From the IMG/VR virus record IMGVR_UViG_3300021167_000376: a DNA stretch of 26,687 nt; one strand, 5' to 3'. Source of the DNA: an uncultured virus (IMG/VR IMGVR_UViG_3300021167_000376). Taxonomy: Duplodnaviria > Heunggongvirae > Uroviricota > Caudoviricetes. Both the position numbers and the translations under genes were made by a program. Positions 14,603 to 24,317 of the stretch are shown here, in pieces (position 1 is the first letter of the stretch; each line of letters begins with the position of its first letter). The notes under the pieces are model-generated. The model was not told the origin of the DNA and did no database searches. It was given only the letters and a program-made list of their open reading frames with translations.

Positions 14603-16604
14603 TACCTTCACGATCACGATCAACGCGGTTGATAAGGCCTCGGCGACCGTTCGCAAGGTCAATGACTCCGTCAGCCGCATGACCCGACCCTTTGAAGAGG
14701 TCGGGAAATCCTTCAAAAGCCTCGGCCGCGAGCTTGGCTTTGAGCGCATCGGCAAGAACCTCACCAATATCGGCAGGGAAGCAGGCGGCGCCGCTCGTAG
14801 CATCAGCAACATAGTTGCTCCGATGGCCGCTATTACGGGTATTGGCTCGGTGGCTGGTGTAGCGGCGCTGGCCGTCAACTGGGCAAAGCTTGGTAGGTCG
14901 ATTGACAACAGTGCGCACGGGATCGGTATTTCTGCCGGTCAACTGCAGACCTTCCAGGGCGCCGCCAAGATGGTTGGCATCGATACCGAATTGGCTACCG
15001 GCAGCCTCAACAGCCTTGCGACCACCATGCAGGATGCGCAATGGGGGCGCAACCAAGGCGCGTTGTTGATGCTGAACAAGCTCGGTATCGGCCTGAAAAA
15101 AGCCAAGGACGGTTCTTGGGATGTGGTGGGGGAATACAAGGCTATTGCCAACGCGATTGCCAGCCAGAAGAGCCCGCAGGTTCAAGCGCTGATAGCGAAC
15201 AACCTGGGTCTGGGAGGCATGCTGCCATTCCTGCGTGAGGGAGCGGCTGGCATTGAGCGCTACGAAGCAACGGTAAAGCGCCTGGGCTATGTCATGAGTG
15301 ACGATGCCGTACAGCATGGCAAGGAGTTCTCACAGAGCCTAGCCGGGCTGAATATTGTCATCGACGGGACTAAAAACGCTATCGGCGATAAGTTGATCCC
15401 CGTCATGAAGCCGTTGGTTGATCAATTCACCAATTGGCTGGCGGTGAATCGCGATTTGATCGCCAGTGATATCGGCGAGTGGGCCAAAGGTTTTGCGGTC
15501 TGGATCAACAAAGTCGAGTGGAAAAAGATCGGCGACGGGATCATCAACTTCGGGAAAGGGGTTGGGAAGGTAGTTGAATGGCTCGGCGGTTGGGAGAACG
15601 CGGCGATTCTGGTGATAGGTGTGATGAACGCCGGATTGATCGGTAGCGTTATATCGCTTGGCGTCACGCTCGTTCGGGGCGGCGCTGGGGTGCTGGCCTT
15701 CACTAAGCTGCTGCTTGGATGGGAATCGGCTGCAATTGCCGCTGGCGCTGCAACTACCACCGCCGGCGCAGTTGGTGCTGGAGTGGGCGGAGGCGCCGCA
15801 GTTGGTGCTGGTGCCGCCGGCGCAGCTGGTACAGGCTTTGGTGCATGGCTTGCTGCCGCCGCCGCGGGGGTTGCTGCAATGGTGTACTCCCCATCGCTTA
15901 ACGATGGAGAGAGCAAGGAAATTGCTCGCATTCGTCGCGCGCAAGGCCTCCCGGAGGTTTCTGATTCGGAAATTGTGAGCGGCGCCTTCAAGGGACGTGG
16001 TGATATTAACGAGGAAGCCATTGGCCGCTCGATGGCCTTCTTTCAGGGGAAAGGGTGGACGAAAGAACAGGCTGCGGGGATTAGTGCGAACCTCGGCCTT
16101 GAAAGCAACTTCAATCCGGCGGCTGTGGGTGATAGCGGGCGCGCTTATGGTGCCGCGCAGTGGCACGAATCACGACAGCAGCAGTTTGCGAAATGGGCAG
16201 GGAAGCCCATGCAGGGCTCCAGTCTGGATGAGCAGCTTGGATTCGTTAACTATGAACTCACCCAGGGCCAAGAGCAGGACGCCGGGGATCTTTTGCGTAA
16301 GGCGAAAAGCGCAAGGGAGGCGGGCGATATTGTTTCCAGAAAGTATGAGCGCCCGGCGGATCTGGTCGGCGATGCTGCAAAAAGGGCCGCATTAGCAGAT
16401 GTCATCGCTAATAGGGTGCCTGCGCCGTCACCAGCACCGGCAGGTCCTTACTCCCAAGGTGCCGCCCAGCAAAATGGCGGGAGCGTCAAGGTTGAAATCG
16501 AACACAAAAACGCGCCTGAAGGCCTGAAAACCAAGGTCAAGTCTGACGGCAACGTCCAGGCTTCAAGCCGTATCGCCTATTCGGGCATGGGGGCTATTGC
16601 ATGA
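14595..16604 (+). CDS. Tape measure protein with C-terminal phage tail lysozyme domain
   Basis: MANTFTITINAVDKAS start, helical Ala-rich body, GWTKEQAAGISANL..ES.FNP...GD.G.AYG.AQW and YERPAD motifs. Confidence 0.9.
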   Translation: MANTFTITINAVDKASATVRKVNDSVSRMTRPFEEVGKSFKSLGRELGFERIGKNLTNIGREAGGAARSISNIVAPMAAITGIGSVAGVAALAVNWAKLGRSIDNSAHGIGISAGQLQTFQGAAKMVGIDTELATGSLNSLATTMQDAQWGRNQGALLMLNKLGIGLKKAKDGSWDVVGEYKAIANAIASQKSPQVQALIANNLGLGGMLPFLREGAAGIERYEATVKRLGYVMSDDAVQHGKEFSQSLAGLNIVIDGTKNAIGDKLIPVMKPLVDQFTNWLAVNRDLIASDIGEWAKGFAVWINKVEWKKIGDGIINFGKGVGKVVEWLGGWENAAILVIGVMNAGLIGSVISLGVTLVRGGAGVLAFTKLLLGWESAAIAAGAATTTAGAVGAGVGGGAAVGAGAAGAAGTGFGAWLAAAAAGVAAMVYSPSLNDGESKEIARIRRAQGLPEVSDSEIVSGAFKGRGDINEEAIGRSMAFFQGKGWTKEQAAGISANLGLESNFNPAAVGDSGRAYGAAQWHESRQQQFAKWAGKPMQGSSLDEQLGFVNYELTQGQEQDAGDLLRKAKSAREAGDIVSRKYERPADLVGDAAKRAALADVIANRVPAPSPAPAGPYSQGAAQQNGGSVKVEIEHKNAPEGLKTKVKSDGNVQASSRIAYSGMGAIA

Positions 16605-18031
16605 GTTTGCTGTCGGACATCATTCAAATTGCCCAGGACTCCAACAGAACCTGGACGGAGATGCTCAACAAGGCCACGTTTCGTGGGGTGCCGTTTGCGG
16701 TCTATGGCGGTGACGCCCGCTTCGGCCGGCGGCTGGCGCTCCACGAATACCCGGGGCGTGACAAGCCTTACATTGAGGATATGGGGCGATCGACGCGCCG
16801 TATCCGCATGAGTGGCTTTCTGGTCACCGACAGCCTGGTGTATGGCGGTGGCAACGTACTGGCGCAGCGTGATGCTCTGGTCGCGGCAGTTGAGTCGGCA
16901 GGGTCTGGCGCATTAATGCATCCGACTCTGGGGGCGCTCAAGGTCAGTGTTCCCTCCGAAGGCTTGAGCGTGGTCGAACGCTGGGACATGGGGCGATACT
17001 TTGAAATCAGCATCGTATTCATTGAGTCCGGCGATCGTGTATTTCCCTCAATCACTACGTCGACCGGGTCGCTGCTGGACAAACTGGCTGCTGCGCTTGG
17101 CCTCTCTGCAGCGCTCGACTTTGTGCGCAAAGTGATTGGCGGGGTCACCTCGGTGATTAACGCGGTTGAGGGCGTCATCAAGTTCGGCAAGGCCATTGTC
17201 GGGATGGTGGTCGGGGTGATTGCTGATTTCAAAGTGCTGGTGGGGCGCATCACCCGCGACGTGCGTAGTATTACAAGCCTTTCCAGTCTGATGACCGGTG
17301 ATTTTGGGCGATACGCCAATGGCAACGTAAGCAGCGCGCTCATCGCGAGTAAAAAAGCCAAAAACAGCAGTGCGACCATGGCAGACCTGATTGCCAAGAA
17401 CACGACCAATCGCGCAGCCGTGGATGCGGCAATGGATACGCTTGTTGACGCCGCGGCGAGCCTGGACGCAAACAGCGGCCAGCAATTCACTGACGCTGTA
17501 CGGGGCGTTATGGATTCGCTCGTTGCTAGCATCGCAGACCCAGGCAGTGCGATTGAATTGCTGGGCTCGCTTGCTGGTTACGCGCCGCCGTCCTCTTCTG
17601 GCAGCGGGGCTATCGGTGCAGCTCGCGGGGTTGCACAGGACGCCACCAGCGCTCTGCTGCGGCGTTCGGCCCTCGCCTCAATCGGCAAGGTTGTGGCGGC
17701 CTACGTGCCGACCTCCTACGACGAGGCCATGTCAACTATGGGGGTGGTCACCGGGTTCATTGATGCGGAGTTGCTGGTGGCGGGCGATAGCGGCGACGAC
17801 GAAAGCTATGGCGCTCTGGTCGATCTGCGCCAGGCGGTGGTCAAGGCTTTGACCACCACCGGGGCCACGCTTCCAACGCTGGAGGCTTTCACGTTTCGCG
17901 CACCTATGTCGGCTTTATCCATGGCTAACAGGCTCTACCGCGACATGAGTCGTACGGATGAGCTGATCCAACAGACAAACCCCATCCATCCGGCGTTTAT
18001 GCCAACGAAGGTCAAAGCCTTAGCCCGGTAA
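16601..18031 (+). CDS. DNA circularization / tail initiator protein (Mu gpN-like)
   Basis: ATFRGVPF, HEYPGRDKPYIEDMGR, G.LMHPTLG and NPIHPAFMP motifs. Confidence 0.92.
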   Translation: MSLLSDIIQIAQDSNRTWTEMLNKATFRGVPFAVYGGDARFGRRLALHEYPGRDKPYIEDMGRSTRRIRMSGFLVTDSLVYGGGNVLAQRDALVAAVESAGSGALMHPTLGALKVSVPSEGLSVVERWDMGRYFEISIVFIESGDRVFPSITTSTGSLLDKLAAALGLSAALDFVRKVIGGVTSVINAVEGVIKFGKAIVGMVVGVIADFKVLVGRITRDVRSITSLSSLMTGDFGRYANGNVSSALIASKKAKNSSATMADLIAKNTTNRAAVDAAMDTLVDAAASLDANSGQQFTDAVRGVMDSLVASIADPGSAIELLGSLAGYAPPSSSGSGAIGAARGVAQDATSALLRRSALASIGKVVAAYVPTSYDEAMSTMGVVTGFIDAELLVAGDSGDDESYGALVDLRQAVVKALTTTGATLPTLEAFTFRAPMSALSMANRLYRDMSRTDELIQQTNPIHPAFMPTKVKALAR

Positions 18032-18066
18032 GTCGTTTTCCGTATTCGCACACATTGAGGCCATCC

Positions 18067-19161
18067 ATGCAAGAAGACGAGCTGACCATTGCGTCGGGCG
18101 GCTTTGATATCACCGGCTGGACGAACGTCCGAGTCACAAGGGGTATAGAGCGGCTGCCCAGTGACTTCAGTATTGGTATGACCGAGCTTTATCCTGGTGA
18201 ACTGGATCGCCTGGAGTTGTCTCCTGGAGCGGCGTGCCAGGTCCGGATCGGGCAGGACCCGGTGGTGACCGGGTATGTAGATCGCTACACGCCGAGCATC
18301 AGCGCTGGCGATCACTCGATCCAGGTCAGTGGCCGTTCTAAATGCTCCGATTTGATCGACTGCGCCGCTGAGTGGCCAGGCGGGCAACTCAGCAACCAGA
18401 CTGTGTTGGGAATTGCACGGCGGCTTGCGGCGGTTTACGGACCATCCATCAACGGTGTTGCCGAAGGCATATCAGTTGCTACGGACGTGAGTGATTTGCC
18501 GGTGTTACCTCAGACCAATCTAATGCTGGGTGAATCGGCCTTCGACATTATCGACCGAATGGCGCGCTTTTCCGCCGTACTCGCCTACGACCTGGCTGAC
18601 GGGAGCCTTTTCCTGAGTCGGGCCGGAACGCGCCGCGCGGCAAGTGGTTTTGTTGAGGGTGTCAACATTCAGCAAGCCTACATCGACTTCTCGGCCGACC
18701 AGATCTATTCCGATTACAACGCCTATATCCAGTCGGTCGATACGTTCACTGATCTGGGGCAGGGCGGGAACCAGATTCACACGGTGAAAGACCTCAATTG
18801 TAAGCGTCACCGGTCGCTGGTGATCATCTCGGAGGGTGGTGGCCTGGGCAATGATGTCGCCATCAAGCGTGCGGAGTGGGAGGCAGCCAGGCGCTTCGGG
18901 CGTTCTCGGGTTATTCGATTGACCGCTGACAGCTGGCGAGACTCAGCCGGCGCCCTGTGGGAGCCAAACACTCTGGTGCCGGTGCATTTGCCGAGATTGA
19001 AGTTCTCCGCCGAAAGCATGCTGATCAGTGAAGTGACCTTCTTGAAGAACAGCTACTCAGGAACAACCGCAGAGATCACGCTCATGGCGCCTGAAGCGTT
19101 CCTGCCGCAGCCCATCAATCTCACGCCACTTTATGGCGAGCTTTTGCAAGGTGGTTTCTGA
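18067..19161 (+). CDS. Baseplate hub protein (Mu gpP/gp44-like)
   Basis: [28 protein letters not shown] and WEPNTLV motifs; SD GAGG. Confidence 0.9.
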   Translation: MQEDELTIASGGFDITGWTNVRVTRGIERLPSDFSIGMTELYPGELDRLELSPGAACQVRIGQDPVVTGYVDRYTPSISAGDHSIQVSGRSKCSDLIDCAAEWPGGQLSNQTVLGIARRLAAVYGPSINGVAEGISVATDVSDLPVLPQTNLMLGESAFDIIDRMARFSAVLAYDLADGSLFLSRAGTRRAASGFVEGVNIQQAYIDFSADQIYSDYNAYIQSVDTFTDLGQGGNQIHTVKDLNCKRHRSLVIISEGGGLGNDVAIKRAEWEAARRFGRSRVIRLTADSWRDSAGALWEPNTLVPVHLPRLKFSAESMLISEVTFLKNSYSGTTAEITLMAPEAFLPQPINLTPLYGELLQGGF

Positions 19162-19757
19162 TGGCGTCATCGACGAATCAAACCGGTGACTCCGCTGGTG
19201 TTCTCCAGCGCATGATGCGCCGGATTCAACTTGCAACTGGCTGGGGCCGGGTGATGTTCAGCGACGATAGCAAGACCGCTCAGCTACTGCAGGTGAAGCT
19301 CAACGATTCCGAGACCCGGGATGGTACGCCGAGAATTGCGGAGTTTGGCTTCACGTCTCGGCCGCCGGAGGGCTCGGATGTATTGATCGTGTTTTTGGCT
19401 GGCGACAGGTCCAAAGGCGTGGTGGTTGCCACTGCGCACCAGGCAAGCCGGCCAACCGATCTGCTGGAGGGGGAATCCATGGTCTATGACCTCTGGGGGA
19501 AGTCGATCTACCTGACCGAGACCGGAGGAATCATAGTTGAGGCAGGCGCTGCGCCTGTCACCGTCAACAACGCCACCACCGTCACAATCAATGCCGCCGA
19601 GGCAGTTCAGATGAACACACCCGTTCTGCGTGTCAGCGGCGATATCGAGGCGGGTGGCAACGTCAAAGACAAGGTCCGTACCATGGCTGCCGATCGGGCG
19701 CTGTTCAATCAGCACACCAACGGTACCGGCACCACAACTCCGAGCCCTCAACAATGA
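19161..19757 (+). CDS. Baseplate central spike (Mu gp45 / gpV-like)
   Basis: [29 protein letters not shown] motifs. Confidence 0.9.
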   Translation: MASSTNQTGDSAGVLQRMMRRIQLATGWGRVMFSDDSKTAQLLQVKLNDSETRDGTPRIAEFGFTSRPPEGSDVLIVFLAGDRSKGVVVATAHQASRPTDLLEGESMVYDLWGKSIYLTETGGIIVEAGAAPVTVNNATTVTINAAEAVQMNTPVLRVSGDIEAGGNVKDKVRTMAADRALFNQHTNGTGTTTPSPQQ

Positions 19758-20200
19758 GCGATATCACCACAACCTGGATCGTAGAGACCGGAATGGGTGA
19801 TTGGTCAATTATGGGTGGCGCCTTGGCGAGCGGTAATGACCTGGCCAGCGCTGTATTGATCAGCCTATTCACTGACCGGATTGCCGATGACTCGGACATT
19901 CCCCCAGATGGTAGCGATGATCGGCGTGGGTGGTGGGGCGATGCAGATGAGGAGCTTCCCATCGGTTCCCGTCTCTGGCTTCTGGACCGGTCCCGGCTTA
20001 CGCAGGACGTTGCCAACGCCGCCAAGATTTACATGGAAGAGGCCTTGCAGTGGCTCATCGATGATCAAGTCGCGCTCAGCGTGAAGGTCGTTACAGCCAT
20101 TGCCGGTGGTAGCCGCCTAAATTCCATCGTCACCGTGACTCACCGTGATGGAGCCGTTACCCCGCTCAATTTCAACTGGGTTTGGAATCAGATCTCGTAG
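19754..20200 (+). CDS. Baseplate protein, Mu gp46 family
   Basis: [35 protein letters not shown]. Confidence 0.92.
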   Translation: MSDITTTWIVETGMGDWSIMGGALASGNDLASAVLISLFTDRIADDSDIPPDGSDDRRGWWGDADEELPIGSRLWLLDRSRLTQDVANAAKIYMEEALQWLIDDQVALSVKVVTAIAGGSRLNSIVTVTHRDGAVTPLNFNWVWNQIS

Positions 20201-20207
20201 CCGTAAC

Positions 20208-20234
20208 GGCCTGCCTTGAGCGGGCTTTCTTTTT
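20208..20234 (+). terminator. Intra-operon intrinsic terminator
   Basis: GGCCTGC-CTTGA-GCGGGCT then TTCTTTTT. Confidence 0.6.
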
Positions 20235-20252
20235 CCCGGAGCAAACATCCTC

Positions 20253-21380
20253 ATGCCATATACGAGACCCACGCTCTCGGACCTGCGCGCGCACGTTGCA
20301 GCAGATATCACCTCCGGCTTGCCGACTGCCGACGGGCTTCTAAGGTTTTCCAACCTGCAAATAACCGGCAAAGCAGTCGCCGGGCTAGCGCACTTGAACT
20401 ATGGCTACCTTGATTGGATTGCCAGGCAGGGAGTGCCATACACATCCTCGGGTGAATACCTGGAAGCCTGGGCAGCCCTGAAGAAGGTATATCGAAAGAC
20501 CGCAACCAAGGCTGTGGGTGGCGTTTCGTTCCGCGGCACCCCGGGCAAGATTGTCGACGTAGGCACCCAGGTCGTTCGGGGTGACTCAGCTGTATTCCCT
20601 ACTCTCGCCACCGCCACGGTTGCAGCGGACGGCACCTTAATACTTCAGGTGTCGGCGGATCTGGCAGGCGAAGCTGGCAACACCCCTGTGGGCAGCCTGA
20701 TGACGCTGGATGTGGCCATTGATGGTGTTCAATCAGCGGGCGCAGTCACCACTGCGATTACCGGAGGCGCTGACCAGGAAGGTGAAGAGTCGCTGTTCGC
20801 CCGTATGCTCGACGCATATCAGAACACGCCAAACGGCGGGTCTCGGGGCGATTACCCTTCGTGGGCAAAAGAGGTCTCTGGTGTCACTCGTGCGTGGTGT
20901 GCACCCAACGCCTTCGGCACAGGGAGTGTTGTGGTTTACACCATGCTTGACGACGCCAACGCCGTCCATGGCGGATTCCCCCAGGGCACCAATGGGGTTT
21001 CCACAAAGGACAATCGAGCCACCGCCGGTAATCGCGCTTCCGGCGATCAACTTATCGTGGCAAACAGCATTTTTGACCAGCAGCCAGTGACGGCGATGGT
21101 TTATTCGTGCGCTCCGATCGCTGCCCCCATTAACTTCACGATAACTGGGCTGTCTTCGGCATCGACGGCTACTCGAGCAGCAGTTGCAGCAGCAATCACA
21201 GAGGTTTTTTTTGAGCAGGGCGCCCCTCTGTCAGACGGGTCATTCGTTGGGCTTTCCGACATCGACTCCGCGATAGCGGCAATCTCGGCAACCAAGGGCT
21301 TCGTCATCACATCGCCGGTAGCCAACATCACCAACATTATTGGCTACCTGCCCACGCTTGGCGCCATTACCTACGGCTGA
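20253..21380 (+). CDS. Baseplate wedge J-like protein (Mu gp47)
   Basis: MPYTRPTL, YGYLDWIARQ, GGADQE, GGSRGDY..WA..V.GVTRAW. Confidence 0.93.
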   Translation: MPYTRPTLSDLRAHVAADITSGLPTADGLLRFSNLQITGKAVAGLAHLNYGYLDWIARQGVPYTSSGEYLEAWAALKKVYRKTATKAVGGVSFRGTPGKIVDVGTQVVRGDSAVFPTLATATVAADGTLILQVSADLAGEAGNTPVGSLMTLDVAIDGVQSAGAVTTAITGGADQEGEESLFARMLDAYQNTPNGGSRGDYPSWAKEVSGVTRAWCAPNAFGTGSVVVYTMLDDANAVHGGFPQGTNGVSTKDNRATAGNRASGDQLIVANSIFDQQPVTAMVYSCAPIAAPINFTITGLSSASTATRAAVAAAITEVFFEQGAPLSDGSFVGLSDIDSAIAAISATKGFVITSPVANITNIIGYLPTLGAITYG

Positions 21381-21385
21381 TTGCC

Positions 21386-21982
21386 ATGTCAAAACCATCA
21401 TTCACCGACGGAGACTTCACGTCTGCGTTGCTTGGTCTTTTGCCCCGCGGGCGAGTTTGGCCAAAAGACCTCAGCAGTGTGCAGGCGCAGGCCATTTCCT
21501 GTTTTGCGCCGACATTTACGCGGATAAGTGACTCCGCGCTGAATTTGCTTGAGGACCTGTTTCCCGCAACAACCATCAACTTTCTACCCGAGTGGGAGGC
21601 AACACTTGGCTTACCCGATCCCTGCGCCGGCGTGTCGCCGACATTTCAGGGGCGCCGCAACCAGGTCGTTGCGCGATTTTCAAATAGCGGTGGCCAGTCC
21701 ATACAGTTCTTTCAGGCGTTCGCTCAGGGCCTTGGATACACCGTGACCATTACTCAATACGCACCGTTTCGCTGCGGGCAAAGCGTCTGCGGGCAGCAAC
21801 TGGGTGGCGAGGATTGGTTCTTTGCATGGGCCGTCAATAGCCAGCTCAACACCATCAGCCACTTCCGTGTTGGCCAGTCCGCCGTGGGTGAGCCGCTCTC
21901 TTCGTGGGGTAACGCCGTACTTGAGTGCGAGATTACTCAAGCCAAACCGGCCCACACTATTTTGCAATTTCATTATTTGTGA
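21386..21982 (+). CDS. Baseplate wedge protein (Mu gp48 / YmfQ, DUF2313)
   Basis: LLPRGRVWP, LPEWEATLGLPDPC, LECEI..AKPAHT. Confidence 0.92.
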   Translation: MSKPSFTDGDFTSALLGLLPRGRVWPKDLSSVQAQAISCFAPTFTRISDSALNLLEDLFPATTINFLPEWEATLGLPDPCAGVSPTFQGRRNQVVARFSNSGGQSIQFFQAFAQGLGYTVTITQYAPFRCGQSVCGQQLGGEDWFFAWAVNSQLNTISHFRVGQSAVGEPLSSWGNAVLECEITQAKPAHTILQFHYL

Positions 21983-21990
21983 GGTCTTAG

Positions 21991-23919
21991 ATGTTTCAGA
22001 TTGATAACTCAACGGCCGTAGCTGCTATACCGGCACCGACGCCCGCTGGCTCGGCTGGCTATTTCACCGATGGCAACCCTGCCACCGGGGTGTCGGCGAC
22101 GATCTTGCCCGCTGAATTCATGAATATGCTGATGATGGAGAACTTGAACGTTCTCGCTGCCGGGGGAATAACTCCAGCAAAAGGGCAATATAATCAGCTA
22201 TCCCTAGCTATTGCTAAAATTGTTCAGAGTAGCAACGCTACCTATGCTCTGGACACTGGGACCGCAAACACCTACGCCGCGGCCAATACTCCGGCGCTTG
22301 CAGCACTTCCGACCACCTCCGGCTACTTGCAGCGTGTCAACATCGCCAACGCGAACACTGGCGCGGCCACTTACGCGCCGGATGGATTAGCTCCGAAGCC
22401 GATCTATGGTTTGGCGCTCCAGCCGCTTCAAGGCGGTGAATTGCCGGTAGGCATTGCTGTGATGAGGTATCTGGTTCAGGCCGGCGTTAATGGCGGAAAC
22501 GGTGCCTGGATCATCATCGAATCACTGGGCGGTGCGCTACAGGTAGCACCTGCTACAAAGAGCATGCATGCTACACAGCAATCGCAACTTGGTAACTATA
22601 ACTCGTTTGGTTATATCTCTTCCTCAACCTCAATGACTTCCGCCTATCTTGGTAAGGAGTATGTTGTTCAGGGTGGCGCAGTTCAAACTCTCCCTCCGGT
22701 TTCTGTTGCTCCATCGGGAAGCACTATAAACCTTATTATTTATACAGCCACTCAGATAAAGGGCAATGGCGCCGAACTTATTACCATGATTTCTGGCGCA
22801 ACATCATCGAACACAATCAATGTAAACCCAGGAGAGCAAATTCAGTTTGTAAGCAATGGGTTAAGTTGGTACATCGCCAATTATTCGCTCAATGCTCAGT
22901 ATCAATTGAATACTGCCTTCACCACTGCCGGAACCGCTGGTGCACTTACGCTAACCCCAGTCCCCGCGATTCAGGCCTATACAACACCTCTGCGCTTTCG
23001 TGTGAAGTTCAGCCAAAACAGCACGGGCACAGACGCCATCAACGTTTCCGGCCAAGGCGCCAAGAGCATCAAGCAATACGACTCCACCGGTGCCAAGGTG
23101 GCGGCCGTGTTCGCAGCCAACCAGCTCGCAGACGTTGAGTACGACGGCACTGATTTTGTTTTACTGGACCAACTCCCAGCAGCCGCCTCGACTGGCGTCA
23201 TTGGCACCGCGCGAAACCTGAAAATGGCCGTCACCGCGGCAAGTGCTACCGCCACGTTGACGGCAGATGAGATTGTTTTGGGTGTTGCGCTTGGTGGGGC
23301 TCAGATCAAAGTTGCCTCGTTCAGCAAGACCATCAACCTGGCAACCACTGGCGCCGGGGGCATGGATACCGGTACGGCTCCAGTAAGCGGCTATGTCGCG
23401 ATCTACGCCATCTACAACCCAACAACTCTGACCTCCGCATTGCTCGCGGCGAACGCTACCTCTGTCGCTGCGCCGTCTATCTATGGCGGCGCAAACATGC
23501 CTGCTGGATACACTGCGTCGGCTCTTGTCAGCGTATGGGGAACGAATGCCAGTGGACAGCTGAGAGTCGGATATCAGTCCGATAGAAACATTAATTTCGT
23601 AGCCGTTAGCGTGCTGACTTCAACTGCTGCCGCCTCTACATTCACGAGTGTAAACATATCGTCAGCGGCGCCACTGAACGCTGTCTCTGTGGTCGGCACG
23701 GTTGGGCTGAATTCGAACGCCGGTGCTTTGAACGCAATTATTGCCTCAGACGCCACGACGGGCGGAGTAGGACTCCAGCAGACGACCGCATCAGCAGTTA
23801 CCAACCTCTCCGCGAACTACAATCTTATTATCGCTATAGCTCAAAGAATTTATTACACGTTCTCTGCGACTGGCAGCAGCGCCAGCATAAATATTTTTGT
23901 ATCGGGGTACACTATATGA
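21991..23919 (+). CDS. Tail fibre / receptor-binding protein (modular)
   Basis: Mu-type anchor (GYFTDGNPATG...QL..AI), T/A/G/S-rich beta modules, follows gp48. Confidence 0.9.
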   Translation: MFQIDNSTAVAAIPAPTPAGSAGYFTDGNPATGVSATILPAEFMNMLMMENLNVLAAGGITPAKGQYNQLSLAIAKIVQSSNATYALDTGTANTYAAANTPALAALPTTSGYLQRVNIANANTGAATYAPDGLAPKPIYGLALQPLQGGELPVGIAVMRYLVQAGVNGGNGAWIIIESLGGALQVAPATKSMHATQQSQLGNYNSFGYISSSTSMTSAYLGKEYVVQGGAVQTLPPVSVAPSGSTINLIIYTATQIKGNGAELITMISGATSSNTINVNPGEQIQFVSNGLSWYIANYSLNAQYQLNTAFTTAGTAGALTLTPVPAIQAYTTPLRFRVKFSQNSTGTDAINVSGQGAKSIKQYDSTGAKVAAVFAANQLADVEYDGTDFVLLDQLPAAASTGVIGTARNLKMAVTAASATATLTADEIVLGVALGGAQIKVASFSKTINLATTGAGGMDTGTAPVSGYVAIYAIYNPTTLTSALLAANATSVAAPSIYGGANMPAGYTASALVSVWGTNASGQLRVGYQSDRNINFVAVSVLTSTAAASTFTSVNISSAAPLNAVSVVGTVGLNSNAGALNAIIASDATTGGVGLQQTTASAVTNLSANYNLIIAIAQRIYYTFSATGSSASINIFVSGYTI

Positions 23920-24317
23920 TTTATGCACAAGTTGTTGATGGTAAGGTTGTTGCTGTATTTTCCAGCGTTCAAGACAGTGAGGATTGGCCGGGTGTTGTTG
24001 AGCTCGACGAGGAAAGTGGGCTGTATCTCGATTTTCTTGCTGGGTTGAAATTGAACGAATCCCTGTCTGGCTTGAGCTCTGCCACACAGAAAGCCAACCT
24101 GCAAGTAAGCGTTTTGGCCGGGCGGGTTGATACCTTGGACTTTGCAGTCTCTGAAGGTGATGCCTCAACTTCGGAGCTTGAAGAACTTCCGCTACGTAAA
24201 GAACAACTTAAGTTGTGGCGTCGTTACAATCTTGATTTGGGAAGAGTCCCAGGGCTGCCTGGATGGCCAGACAGCCCTTCTTGGCCATCGCAGCCAGAAT
24301 CTTACTTTGGTGCTTGA
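23916..24317 (+). CDS. Tail fibre assembly chaperone
   Basis: C-terminal 'L..WRRY...L.RV...PGWP....WP..P' Tfa signature. Confidence 0.85.
   Translation: MIYAQVVDGKVVAVFSSVQDSEDWPGVVELDEESGLYLDFLAGLKLNESLSGLSSATQKANLQVSVLAGRVDTLDFAVSEGDASTSELEELPLRKEQLKLWRRYNLDLGRVPGLPGWPDSPSWPSQPESYFGA

Noticed and set aside
8005..17532. Long antisense ORFs (8005..9087, 9786..10796, 12670..13728, 14535..15317, 15339..16166, 16768..17532)
   Set aside because: Typical stop-poor shadows of GC-rich coding strands opposite well-supported structural genes
21991..24317. Diversity-generating retroelement or invertible fibre cassette
   Set aside because: No reverse transcriptase, invertase, second fibre tip or TR/VR repeat pair visible in the window
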